64,000 nt of DNA from Psammoneis japonica (GCA_008632985.1 QPGO01000094.1:230721-294720); one strand, 5' to 3'; numbered from the stretch's first letter, positions 40,901 through 53,370 are shown. Notes: generated by a model from the letters alone, not told the origin. A program made the numbers and translations.

Positions 40901-41823
40901 GGTGATCTTGATGCACAGCTCTTCTGTCACAAGTGGCACAACAAAAGAACCATGAAAGTGATGAGATGAAAGAGGGCTTGTGTCTGTTGTCATAAAATGG
41001 CAGCACTTGTTGTTTTGGGATCACCGCGGACATTCATCCAGCAGCTGACAGTCTTTTGCAATCGAAAAACCTGATGTGCTTGTCAGTTGGTTTTGAGGGA
41101 CACTTGGATTTGCCAAAACAGCCTTTGCAACAGGGGGGCTCTTTGAGAGAGTTGAGCTCCATTGTGCTGTGACTGGTGATCATGTCATCTGCACTTTGCA
41201 GATCATGAAACAGTGAGGTCTTCACCAAAGAAATCTTGCTCCTCTGGGTCATTGTTGTTCTGTTTGTCTTCGTTGGAGGAATCTTCCTCCTGTCAAACGA
41301 CTTCATGAAAACAACATGACCTCACTCTCAGGCACAAGCACCAAGCACTCAGTACTGCAATGCAAACCTGCAACAACGTTTGATACATCTGCCAGTTTCA
41401 CACAGCTTGCTTCATCATTTCACAAAACCTTGCTCTGATGTGGACTGTTTTGATCCTCCGAGGCTCGGACAACTTTTTGCAGATGTCACGCTCAAAATCA
41501 TCATGCTCTATACAAGCTTCCTGAGCGCGTTGTCCTCTTTGAGGAAGTCGTTGCTTTGTTTTATTGGGTGTCAGGGGTTGAAGACAGAGCGATTTGGACT
41601 TACGTAATATCTCAAGCATGCAAAGTGTGTCAAACTGTCTCAAAACAATGGCATCTCAACACCGAGGGCTTGAGGTTCCTCGCTCGAAATAGAAAGAAGC
41701 TATATCGCCTAATCTATTGTCAATGTCCCATATTCAAAAACAACATTATACGACTTATTCTCCGAATTGCGTCTGCTGTGGATTCAAAGGTACCGTCATA
41801 CGAAAGTGTCGGAAACTGTATGG

Positions 41824-42288
41824 TTAATAATCCCCGCCGTCGTCCCCTCCAAACATATCCATACCACCTCCGATGTCCGCCTCTTCCTCTTCTACCTTCT
41901 CCTCTTCCTTTTCTTCCTCTGCGTCTCCTCCGGCGCCAGCATCGCCGCCGCCGCCTCCACCTCCGCCACCACCGGCTCCACCGGGTGTGGAGATCAACTC
42001 TGCAACCTTTTCGGGCGAAGACAGGTAGTTCGCGAAAATGATGGGGTAAAACTTTTCGACTTCGGTGTTACCAGTTGCCTCAAGCAGCGCATTAATCTGT
42101 TCAGAAGTAATTTCCGCCTGATTCGTATTGAAACCATCACACAAAAAAGACTGGGTTAGTTCGCACCGGCACCAAGGCGGTGGCTTCACTCAAACATGCA
42201 TGTACCGACTCACTCCTCCGTCGTAGAGTGCCAAGATGGAGAACGCAGTGGCGTACTCGTCCTTTTGTTCCTTCGTAAGACTGTCCAT
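41824..42288 (-). CDS. RPLP1: 60S acidic ribosomal protein P1 (exons 42288-42214, 42117-41824)
   Basis: MDSLTKEQKDEYATAFSILALYDGG|AEITSEQINALLEATGNTEVEKFYPIIFA, Gly-rich hinge, acidic tail EEEEADIGGGMDMFGGDDGGDY. Confidence 0.9.
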
Positions 42289-42635
42289 TTTTAAAAACTG
42301 TAGGCAGGTTTGTTGACAACTCAGGCAAGTTTAAGTCCTTGGACGGCTTGAGTGTTGTGTCTCTTGTTGAGAAGAGGTCGTCGAAACGGGGGCGCGACGT
42401 GCGGGTCTCGCTACGCAAATAACCACCGTAGCAGTCTGGTACTGGTCTACAGGAAATCCGATGTTAGTAATCGGTAAGTTTTGATCGAATGAGTCGTCGT
42501 CAGCGTGATGAGAGATGAGAGATGATTGCAGAACACAACACAAAACAAAAAGGAAGGTTTCGATTTGGATTGAGAGGTAGATTTCTCATTCACTGCTGCT
42601 TCGAACAATTCGTCACATAGCTTAGATCGAACGAC

Positions 42636-44278
42636 ATGTCGAGGTCTGCTCTCTGGCGTCAAGATGCGAATGTGCAGGAAAGAGAACGGAAGGCACAGGA
42701 GACATTTCTCGCCGCAATTGACGAGGGTCGTGTGAGTGAACGATTGCTGGCAGTTTTGATCGCCGCTCCAACTCGATCTGCCTGTTATTTTATTATTTTA
42801 TTCGCATTGTCGAACTTCCACTTCTTACAGTTTTACGTTTTTACTCTTTTGTCACTCAGAATTGTCGAGCAAAAGGTGTAATACCATTGCATGGCCCTGA
42901 CGATACTTTCAACATTCATCCTGTGCTGATCGAGGGAATCCGGAAGTCTCCGTATTTTCAGAAGTGTTTTGAACTTAAAGACTGGACCGCCCTTGTCGAC
43001 CAAATCTACTATGAAGTCAAACATGTGGAGCCTTGGGTAGTAGGTGAGTGAATTGTTCAGAGGGGTTGAAAAAACAAAGTACGAAACAGATTCTCTGTCG
43101 GTTATTAGTATGAGCTTCAGCGAAGAAGGGCCTTTTGGTGTGTAGGCATAAGTGATCGAGATATGGTGTGTATCCAAACTTTGTGCTTCATGACGCGTCG
43201 TTTAACATATCGTCTTCCTTGTTTAAAAATTGCAGGTCCAAAAAAGGTACCCTCGACGGCATTCTGTCTTCTCTTCCGTCTTTTCACCATTCGATGCACG
43301 GAGAAACAGATGAAGCTAATGCTAGATCATGTTGATTCTCCTTACATCCGATGTATCGGCTTTCTTTACCTTCGCTATGGTGCTGACCCCAAGACTTTGT
43401 GGCGATGGTTTCAGCCGTATTTATTCGATGAAGAAAAGGTGCGAATAGAAGCCAACACTGCCAAGCCCGAGACGACGGTTGGGGCGTTCGCACGCAGCCT
43501 GTTGACCGATATGGACTTCCATGGCACTCTGCTCCCACGGCTCCCCATGGCTGTTGAAAAGGATATCAAAAACAACTTAAGTGAGGCAGAACGTATTCAG
43601 GATCGTGCTCAACACCACATGAACAACTCACACACAATGGACTATCTGATGAAGGTTGGGAACAAAGTGCAAGCTCTGTACGGAGACGAAGAAAACCCAA
43701 TCACGTGGTACGATGCTGTTATCGACCGAGTCATTGTGCGCGATACAGAGACGGGTGAAAAGTTAAAGGTCCCCAAATTTTTCGTGACGTTTCCAGAATA
43801 TGGCAACTCAGAAGTTGTGACACTTGGCGAAGTCGATTTGCCTGGCGGCAGTCGAAATTATCCGAGCACCGACCGTCGCGGTAATAGAGCTCGCGGTGAT
43901 GGCGGGGGCAAATACAGTGGTGGGGGTGGAAGTGATGGACGCTCGGCAGATCGGTACTCGAGTGGAAATCGGAGACGGAACGATTACGGCCGCGCTTCTG
44001 ACAGGGACTACAGGGGCTACCGTGATGAGGATCGGGGCTCTTCGAGAAGCCATGATTGGGACCGCCGGGACTACAGTCACCAGCGTCGTCATGAAGGAAG
44101 AAGGGAAGATCGTTATACAGGACAAAAAAGAGCCGCAGATTACGACCATCGACAGACGGATGTTGCGCGTGCTCCTCCAGATAAAGCGATGCCAGACCCC
44201 GCTCCAGGACCAAAGAATCCAAGGGACTCGGCCGCCGTTGCAGAGAAAAAGAGAAAGCTAATGGCGAAATACGGATAA
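42636..44278 (+). CDS. PRP38: Pre-mRNA splicing factor PRP38(B)-like with Tudor-like segment and R/D-rich tail (3 exons)
   Basis: IRKSPYFQKCFELKDWTALVDQIYYEVKHVEPW, PSTAFCLLFRLFTIR, DSPYIRCIGFLYLRY; GT-AG introns at ~42731-42859 and ~43043-43235. Confidence 0.85.
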
Positions 44279-45547
44279 TCTAGAGCAGTGATCGGGCGCT
44301 GGACTGACTGAACTTGCTCATAACCCAGCGCCAGCCGAAGCCAAGAAGCGGGAAAGGTGCTGTTGTTTGCTATTTCCTGGTCCATACGAGTGTGATGTTT
44401 TTAGCAATATCATTAGTATTGACGTTGATTAGCAATAACTTGTCAAAACATCACGCTCATACTCATCGCTTCTGGCAAACGACATCGTCGAAAGCAACGG
44501 CAACTCACCATTTTTTTTCACGGTGCAGCATGGAAAAAATTGGTTTTTGCGTTGGCCTGCACCAGAGATATATAACACATACATATAACCGCGCACACGT
44601 GCGCGAGATTAAAACACTCATGGTACAAAGTCAAATTTGGGTTCAAAACTGGAGATGTGGACCGCTTGCATTGGACAACGGTTTAGGAGGTGTGCACTCA
44701 CTGGTTGTGGACAGAAAGGGCGTCGTGTTTGATGCCAGGAAGCTGGCGCATTTTTTTGAGCAACAAGTCCAGCGAGATGGACCTTGCAGGTTGTGGCGAT
44801 GCGACGAATTGGAGTTCTTTGAATTGACACCAAGGACGGTTGACGGTTGGATCTTGGAAATCATCGAGAAAATGGACTTGGGTGGGGGTTCCAACTGTTG
44901 TTGTGACGATGAAAAGGAGAGGAAATGACAGAGACAATGTCCAAAAAAGAAGAAAGAAAAGATCCATCATCATCATGTCAAGCGTTTCGTTGGTTGTGTT
45001 CATGAGGCAACAAGCGCGTTTGATCGCATGACTGACCGCTCATGTGAGGGGAGGCACAGCAATTTTGTCGCTGTCCATTTAGAGGAGGATGCAATGGAAG
45101 AAGTGCACCAGAGATCGATTTTGGCGCCGGGTGTCTGTCAGGGGTTAAGAGCGCATGGAGCACGGGTGCAAACTTCAGCCCTGTGGGGATCAATGTTCAT
45201 GTGCAATTCTGCACAATTCAAAGTTTCAAATGGAATGATCCAGCCACATGTTAAATTTGTCATTGACAATCAATTGCAACATCCAAATGGAACATTTTGT
45301 CTCTTGAGCTGAAATGAATGCAACCAAGGATGTGGTTTTCAAAGTCAAATGATGAACAATGCTGATTGTGATCATTTGGGAATGATGTGACAGTTGACAA
45401 TGCACAAGGAAGGGGAGGTGGCATTGCCATCAGAGTGTTGGGAAACAGGTTTGAAATTTTGCAAAGACGGTCTTCCTCTGAAGAGCTGTTGTGCTGCACG
45501 ATTGCAGCAACTGGAGGAACTGACGGTGACACAATGAGTCAAGGGCA

Positions 45548-46742
45548 ATGGGAAGGAGGAAGAAAGCAGCAAAGAAGGATGCTGCACCAGGGGCAGAGGG
45601 AGCACCCAACAGCCCGAGGCTCACAGCAGCGTTGCAGCTGTCGTGGGCTGCTGCTGATCACCAGTCACTGAAGAGAGAGGTGGAAGAGGTGGCATGGAGA
45701 GAGCTGTTCCCAGAGGCAAAATTCCTTGTGAAGGCGGACATGGCAAGTGGTGGCAAGGTGTCATGGCCAATGCGCAAAAACAAAGCAGATGGCAAGTTCA
45801 GCAAGTGCGAGCGGGTGGGATCATGGGAGGACTGGGCTAAAAAAAGTGTGCTCAATGAAATCAATGCAAAAAGAAACACCGTGTGTCAAACGATGATGAA
45901 GAGTGTGATGAGCAGCAAGTGAGGTGGAGTGGGGCATTTCCGAAGCGGAAACAGATGTGGTGCTGCTGATGAATTTCTTGTTTGCTGCAGTCGTTGTGAC
46001 AGAAAAACAAGCAAGGGAAATCCATGACAAAAAGAAGAAAGAAGCAAGGAAGAAGGCATCCGGAAAGAAGTGGAAAAAGGATGAAGCTGACATTGAAGAA
46101 GAGTTCATTGCAACTTGGGAGGATGGGACGGTGGACACAATTGTGTTTGAGAAGCGAAAGAACAGGGAGGCGCACGCATGGTTCTGTGACAACGTCCCAA
46201 AATTCATGAAGAGCACTGCGATGTGGAGGAGGATGGCAGAGTCCAGCAGCACCAAGGCCACAGATCTGTCTGCTGCAAGCGACGAGGCACTGGCCCTGTT
46301 GATGATGGAAAACTGCTGGAAGGTTGGGGAGTGCAAGAAAGTGCAGGAGGGAAATGACGAAGGGAGCAAAAAGGGGAAACCGGCTCATTGCACACAGACC
46401 CGTCACGACAGCATGACTCTTGGAAGGATGAAGGAACAGCGCACTTCAACGAATTGCCAAAGGAGGCAAAGGAAGACAGGGCGGTGTGAGCAGGGTGTGC
46501 ATTTCGACACGTGGCACACAGACGAAAAGAAAAAGGAGAGCAAAGGCAAAGGAAAAAAGGGAAGAAACACTCAAGAACCAGCGAAAACAAAGATGAGAAA
46601 GCAAGCAACAACAGAACTTTCTAGTGAGGATGAGGAGGATGATGAAGCAACGGATGCACCAGGTGGCAAAGGAGATGAGGAGGAAGATGCAGCCAGCCAG
46701 GAAGACAGTGACGAAAGCAAAGGAACTGAGACTCCAGTGTGA
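45548..46742 (+). pseudogene. Decayed ORF, probably a DNA-transposon accessory protein
   Basis: Two consecutive Lys/Glu-rich ORFs (45548-45922, 45924-46742) with SDEALALLMMENCW and an acidic tail; no Tyr in either. Family assignment is from recollection only. Confidence 0.4.
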
Positions 46743-47750
46743 GCAAATTGGAAATGCAGGACAACCAGGACAGCAGCATTGACTCAGTGTTGTTTGACAG
46801 TGAATGTTAAAAAGCTGTGGCGATGCACCACTGTTGATTGCAAAGAGCAGAACAAATTCATTGCATTTGTCACTTTAAATGATGAAACAAGCACATGATG
46901 TAAAAATCACTGACGACATTGATTGTCAGCTGTTGTGTTGAACAAAGGCACATGCCAAATGGGAAAAGAGGGGGGCGTTTGCATGGTTAAAGTTGTTTTC
47001 TTGTGGATGAAAAGAGGCATCTCCACAGTTAAAAAAATCACCTGTCATGGATTAAAATTTGTTGCCAGCTGCACAACTGATGAGGTTTGAAACTGCAAAA
47101 ATTTTGTCTGTTAAAGAAATAAAAATCACAATGAAAAGGCAAGGCCGGGTCACTGTGTTGCACCCTCTGATGTGCGCGCAAACCCCCAACATGTGCGCAA
47201 ACCCCCCAAGATGCATTCATGGTGAAATCGTGTGGAGCGCATGACAGGGGACACCCAACATGTCGATTTCACTCCCCCATCACATCATGCAACATGGGTT
47301 GATCTCATTTCCTGTGGATGCTGAGATGATGTCATTCCTGAGCTGCTCAATCAGGAGCACCATGAAGCTGTGGTTTTCAGTCATCAAGCCCTGGACATGT
47401 TTGGTGATGACACCGTCTTTGAAACCAATGATGACTCTTCTCTTGTTTCAGACTTGTCAGCTCCTCTCTGAAGTGTCTTTCTTGCTTGTGTGATCTCCAT
47501 CTGCATCTTTCACAGTGCACCTCATTTTGCATTTTATTTCTCTGCTTCATTTTTACAAACATTTGCCAAATTTATTTTGCATCTGACTTCAGCTCTGCAC
47601 TTCACCCCCACTTCCCATTTCCAAATTCCTTTTCCCTTCTCAGCTTTGCTTTCCCTTTGGCCTTGCTTTTTGGCTTTTGCCCGCTGCCCAAACCCCAACC
47701 CTGACCCTGAACAAAGGAAGCACACAAGTCAAGATGAAAAGCAAAAGACA

Positions 47751-48620
47751 TGCCGACACCCTGACACCCCGACTCGCCAACACCCTGACACGCCGGCACC
47801 CTGACACCCCAACACCCCGACTTGCCGACACCCCGACTTGCCGACACCCCGACTCGCCGACACCCCGACTCGCTGACACCCCGACTCGCCGACACCCCGA
47901 CTCGCCGACATGCTGACACCCGACGTGTTCCAGGTCCAGGTGGGACCTCACACTGCTGAACTGTGACATCGATGGTTTTTTGAATCGCGTCGCATGTTGC
48001 AAATGTAGATTTCCATGTGATTTTTGCGATGTTTTGTGTCATTTTACGGTGCACTTGTTGAGCGATCCATCCAACAACTTTTGACATTTTTTGTTGCAGC
48101 GCAATTCTACAATGTCTTAAGAATCGCGCAGGGCAGGCGCACTTGCAAAAACGTCGAGTGGTGTGAGGCACAATTGCACCACAAACTTGGCTGTTCATTT
48201 GACGTTGAAGACAAACATGTCCATTGATTAAATTCTCACACTGCAGAGCTCGCACATGGAATTCTGCGGGCCCAATGTCACACGGAGTCCCACCCAGGGC
48301 TGGAACGCGTCACCCTGACAAGCTGACATCCCAACTTGCCGACATCCCGACTCGCCGACACCCCGACTCGCCGACACCCCGACTCGCCAACACCCCGACT
48401 CGCCGACACCCCAACTCGCCGACACCCCAACTCGCCAACACACTGACACCCTGCCGACACCCCGACTCGCCGACACCCCGACTCGCCAATGCCCCGACTT
48501 GCCGACACCCCGACTCGCCGACACCCCGACTTGCCGACATCCCGACTCGCTGACACCCCGACTCACCGACACCCCGACACGCTGACACCCCGACACACTG
48601 ACGCCCCAACACCCCAACTC
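47751..48620 (+). repeat. 16-bp minisatellite (CCGACACCCCGACTCG)n, split by a MITE at 47922-48311
   Basis: Tandem copies at ~47751-47921 and ~48312-48620. Confidence 0.9.
47922..48311. mobile_element. MITE, TIR GACGTGTTCCAG, 4-bp TSD ACCC
   Basis: GACGTGTTCCAG...CTGGAACGCGTC flanked by ACCC on both sides. Confidence 0.75.
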
Positions 48621-50235
48621 ATCAAATCTTTTTAGAGGCACGTGCCACAGCTGCACTCTTGAGCATGGGCCCAAACAGCTCCACTCCAAAAACCATCAGC
48701 AAAATCTTCCATGTTGTCAAATTTGACATCATCTCTTCCATGTTGGCAAAATTGATCGGACCAAAGTCAACCTTGCATGCAGGTGGAGCAAAGTCATTGG
48801 CTGCCATGAGCCCTGAAAACCCATGCATGCGATTTCTTGCACGCGATGCATGAGCTGGGTTGGGTTCCACAAATTGCACAAAATCACTCGCTCCATGACA
48901 CGGCAGCTGACGGAGAAACATTTGTCACTCTTCTGACTCCTCTCTTTTCTTTCTTGCAATTCGTCCTGTCAAAGATGTTGAAAGCACCTTCCATTGCTGG
49001 CCAAATGTTTCCTCCAATCCAAAGCTCCAAATCAAAAGCACATTTCAAGGGCCAACAAAGGCAGGTCGATTCTTTGGTTTTGCATCAAAAACGATTTGCA
49101 AGGTCACCTCTGCTGACTCACTGCCCCTGTGATTGTGCCTCCTCAGTGCACACTCAAATTGTGGTTTGCTCATGGCACTGGGCAGCAGTCAAATGGCCAT
49201 GAGCTGCTCAATCTGGAGCACCATGAAGCTGTGGTTTTCAGTCATCAAGCCCTGGACATGTTTGGTGATGACACTGTCCTTGAAACCAACAACAACTCTT
49301 CTCTTGTTTCAGACTTGTCAGCTCCTCTCTGAAGTGTCTTTCTTGCTTGTGTGATCTCCATCTGCATCTTTCACAGCGCACCTCATTTCTGCATTTTATT
49401 TGTCTGCTTCATTTTCACAAACATTTGCCAAATTTATTTGCATCTGACTTCAGCTCTGCACTTCACCCCCACTTCCCATTTCCCATTTCCTTTTCCCTTC
49501 TCAGCTTTGCTTTCCCTTTGGCCTTGCTTTTTGGCTTTTGCCCACTGCCCAAACCCCAACCCTGACCCTGAACAAAGGAAGTGCACAAGTCAAGATGAAA
49601 AGCAAAAGACATGCCGACACCCTGACACCCGACACGCTGACGCCCCAACACCCCAACTCGTCAAATCTTTTTAGAGGCATGTGCCACAGCTGCACTCTTG
49701 AGCATGGGCCCAAACAGCTCCACTCCAAAAACCATCAGCAAAATCTTCCATGTTGTCAAATTTGACATCATCTCTTCCATGTTGGCAAAATTGATCGGAC
49801 CAAGGTCAACCTTGCATGCAGGTGGAGCAAAGTCATTGGCTGCCATGAGCCCTGAAAACCCATGCATGCGATTTCTTGCACGTGATGCATGAGCTGGGTT
49901 GGGTTCCACAAATTGCACAAAATCACTCACTCCATGACACGGCAGCTGACGGAGAAACATTTGTCACTCTTCTGACTCCTCTCTTTTCTTTCTTGCAATT
50001 TGTCCTGTCAAAGATGTTGAAAGCACCTTCCATTGCTGGCCAAATGTCTCCTCCAAAGTTCCAAATCAAAAGCACATTTCAAGGGCCAACAAAGGCAGGT
50101 CGATTCTTTGGTTTTGCATCAAAAACAATTTGCAAGGTCACCTCTGCTGACTCATTGCCCCTGTGATTGTGCCTCCTCAGTGCACGCTCAAATTGTGGTT
50201 TGCTCGTGGCACTGGGCAGTGGTCAAATGGCCATT
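48600..50235 (+). repeat. Tandem segmental duplication with ~1.04-kb period (48600-49199 ~ 49640-50232; 49200-49630 ~ 47339-47770)
   Basis: Near-identical sequence and duplicated ORF translations. Confidence 0.9.
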
Positions 50236-50818
50236 CAGAGCCAGTGCTCTTTTTTTTTGTCCAGCGGGTGACTCGAATTCCTGTCCCATTTGCTGCATGA
50301 CAACACACGGGGCCAAAGCAATTTTGGAGCCCTGCCCCAGGGCTTTTTCAAAATGAGCCACATGAACAAGCTGACAAACCAAGGGAAAATGCTCAGGCAT
50401 TGATGTTTCTGTGCTTCTGAACAAGTGCACCAGCAAAAAAGAGACTCAGCTTGCCACCACTTGCAACCCGTGCTGCCCCTCTTGTGAAACACTTGCAAAA
50501 ATTCAGCAGACACAGGGGCTGCTGGAAAAAGCTGGCATCACACCCATGAGCATTTTTTGCAGTGTCGCCAAACCAGCTCAGAAAAGAAAAAAAACAGACG
50601 TCTTCATGAACGAGAGCAACACAAACAAACATGCAATGAAGCCACTCAAGATTGCAAGGCTGTTTGGTTTGTGTTGGACACCATGTTTGAAGATGCTGTG
50701 AAAGCGTGCAAGAACTCAGCACACCCAACAGTGCTTGACCATGCAGCTGCAATGAAATGGATGAAGGACAGCAACACTGAATGCCGCAGGTCTCCTTTTG
50801 CACTTTGCTCCTCAAAGA

Positions 50819-51341
50819 GACGTGCTCCAGCCACATGTGGACCAAACCATGCACAAAAACAACATTTGCATGATTTTTGCACAGTCCCCAACTTGCGATC
50901 GATCTTTCACCACCAAAAGCACAGATTCACACAAACACAAATGATTTGCAACTCCAACAAGACTCATGTGAGTGTTGCAACATCATTGTTTTTGTGCAAT
51001 CTGTGTTGTTTTTTGCAACAAACAAGTCGCAACACAATGGATGATTCTCGGTGAAATTGTTGCCATCACTTTGAAGTCGACACAAACAATTTTTCTGCGA
51101 TGATGTCACGTGTGGGTTCCACCTGCATGCAAGCATTGAGTCTGCTGAGGGAGTTTGTGACACATGTCCCATGAGGACTTGCACACCTGTGAAAAACCCA
51201 GCCAAATGTGCACACTCTTGACACCTGCAAAAACCCCTCCCTTCGAGCATTTTACATGCAAATGCTTCACACACAAGAGATTCACAATTTGTGTTCAAAA
51301 TTGATTGTCGTCTTGTGCATCACCTGGGATTGGAACACACC
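50819..51341. mobile_element. MITE (GACGTG.TCCAG family), TSD AAGA
   Basis: GACGTGCTCCAG...TTGGAACACACC flanked by AAGA (50815-50818, 51342-51345); homologous to 52720-53277. Confidence 0.75.
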
Positions 51342-51699
51342 AAGAACAAGCACAAACGAAAGTGGAGTGAAGTGCAAAAAGTGAAAATTGTGAGAGATTG
51401 GATTTTGCTCAATCATTTTGGGATTCTCGGAACAAGTTCTCAATGGCCCAAAGCTTCTGTGCTGCTTCTGCAGACCAAAGGCTTTTTGGAGAATGTGTCC
51501 TCCATGACAACAGATTGTCTGGATGTGATTGCTGCTGACACATGAGATGTCAACATCGTCAAGTGATTGCATTCACAATTTCCGACATCCAATCATTTCT
51601 GTGTGACTGATCTGTCCTTTGCACGAACCCACAATTGACGTGTGATTGAGAGCACAACAATGTTGATGTGTGAACATGTGCACAAAACAATGCACATTG

Positions 51700-52021
51700 C
51701 ATTTGCCTTCCCAATTGCACATCAAAGTCATTTGTCAAATGGCACAATGCAACAGACATTGACAGTGTCAACCATGTCACCACATTTGATCTGTGCTGTG
51801 CCATCAGTGTGTGCCGTTGTCATGGCGTGTGGTCCAGCATGTGGCTGTTCTAATTTTTGGGAGCATTTTTTGAGTGGTGTCTTTTCTCTTGCTCTGCTCG
51901 TGCATGGAGTGTGTTGAGTGTTCTTTTGAGCATTGTTTTTGTTTTTGATTTGTTGTTTCTGTTTCTGGACTGGCTTCCAATCAGCAATGTGTTGGACATT
52001 AAAAATCATGTCTCCATTGAA
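51700..52021 (-). mobile_element. Ty3/gypsy-like integrase C-terminal fragment
   Basis: VFNGDMIFNVQHIADW...KLEQPHAGPHAMTTAHTDGTAQIKCG..DTVNVCCIVPF resembles the gypsy pol end (FGRDM..W, P(Y).GP(Y), NGTV, N.RR..P); cut by a MITE-type end at 52022. Confidence 0.6.
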
Positions 52022-52719
52022 GACATGTTCCAACTCCAGGTGGGAGACGTGCTCCAGCTCTGGGTGGGACCTCGCACTTCTGAACTGTGACACAAATGTT
52101 TTTTGTCATCCGTCGCATGTTTTGCATGTGCATTTCTGCATGTTCTGTCACAAAAATTGTTCCACACTGCCTTTTTTATGAAGCCAAAGGCTTTCAAACA
52201 TTCCAAGAACTGTTTCAGTGGATCCTTGACTCCAGCCGAGTGCGTGCTCCTGTGCCACTCTCCGGCCAAGACACGTTTGTCATGGGAAACAAACTGGAAA
52301 GAGTTTCCATCAGTGCACTGTGACGAGGTGTTTTTGTGCCAAGCTTGGGTGCAATGCCACAATGCCTTTCGACAAATGCGACAATGTCATTGCACAGGTG
52401 GAGCAGCGCTCTGCACAGTCATCCATCAGCTTGCTCAGCTCCACACAGGCCCCGTTTGGGTTGCTCAATGACAACAAGCTGGTGAAGGCAACCTCGGTGG
52501 GGTGTTGGTAAATCTTGCCCAATCTGCTGTCATCCAACAGAGAGGAAATGTTCCCTTGAGACGCTTGCATGTCATCTGTCTCATTGCCGTTGGAAAGATC
52601 CATGGTGACGTCCGGAAGCGTGGCAAAAGAGTTCACTTCTGAATTGCTGCTTTCGTCTGAAAGCATCTCCAGTGACATGAAATTGGCATCATCTGGGCCA
52701 CAAATGGAGGAGAGAGGGG

Positions 52720-53277
52720 GGCGTGTTCCAGCCACACGTGAACCAAATTGGGCACAAAAACGACATTTGTGCAATTTTTGCGCGGTCCCTAACTTGTGAT
52801 CGATCTTTCACCACCAAAAGTGTGGATTTGTGCAAATGTGAAAGTTTTGCAACACCAACAAGACTCGTGTGAGTGTTGCAACATCATTGTTGCTTGTTGT
52901 GCTGTCTGTGTTTTTCACTGCGTCAAAAGATTCGCAACACAACGGATGATTTTTGGTGAAAATGTTGCCGTTGTTTGGATGTCACCCAAATGTGTCTTTC
53001 TGCGATGCCACTTGGTGGGTTTTCCACCCACAAAGAAATCTCAGCATAAATCCACTGATGCACAATCAGCATTGAGTCTGCTGAGGAAGTTTGTGACACA
53101 TGTCCCATGAGGACTTGAGTGCCCCTCAAAAAACTGTTTAAATGTTCACACTCTAGAAGCCTGCAAAAGTCAACATGTCTGAGCATTTTGTGTGAAAATG
53201 CTGCACACACTAAAAGACACACAAATCAAACTCAAAATTGATTGTCGTTTTGTGCGTCACCTGGGACTGGACACGTC
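52720..53277. mobile_element. MITE (same family), TSD GGGG
   Basis: GGCGTGTTCCAG...CTGGACACGTC flanked by GGGG. Confidence 0.75.
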
Positions 53278-53298
53278 GGGGATGTGTTGTCTTCGAAT

Positions 53299-53370
53299 GC
53301 TGGTGACCATGGAGCATCAGAAGGTTGTTCGGACGCTGGTGACCATGGAGCATCAGAAGGTTGTTCGGAC
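53299..53370 (+). repeat. Perfect 36-bp tandem duplication
   Basis: GCTGGTGACCATGGAGCATCAGAAGGTTGTTCGGAC x2, no spacer. Confidence 0.9.

Larger units (their letters stand above)
14550..41400. repeat. Repeat/transposon block 1, TpA-depleted (heterochromatin-like)
   Basis: Nested TEs and decayed sequence; TA dinucleotides nearly absent and TG/CA strongly enriched; no intact host gene. Confidence 0.85.

Noticed and set aside
32110..41400. Dozens of 60-300 aa ORFs as real genes
   Set aside because: Overlapping in all frames, Tyr-free and Cys/His-rich, with no recognisable domain apart from the ankyrin remnant; I could not assign 34.4-36.1 kb or 37.8-41.3 kb to any TE class.
47751..48620. 16-bp repeats as CRISPR or as a repeat-protein gene
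   Set aside because: Head-to-tail satellite without spacers; the ORFs over it are by-products of missing stop codons.
53299..53370. 36-bp repeat as a CRISPR array
   Set aside because: Only two abutting copies, no spacers, no cas genes, eukaryotic context.
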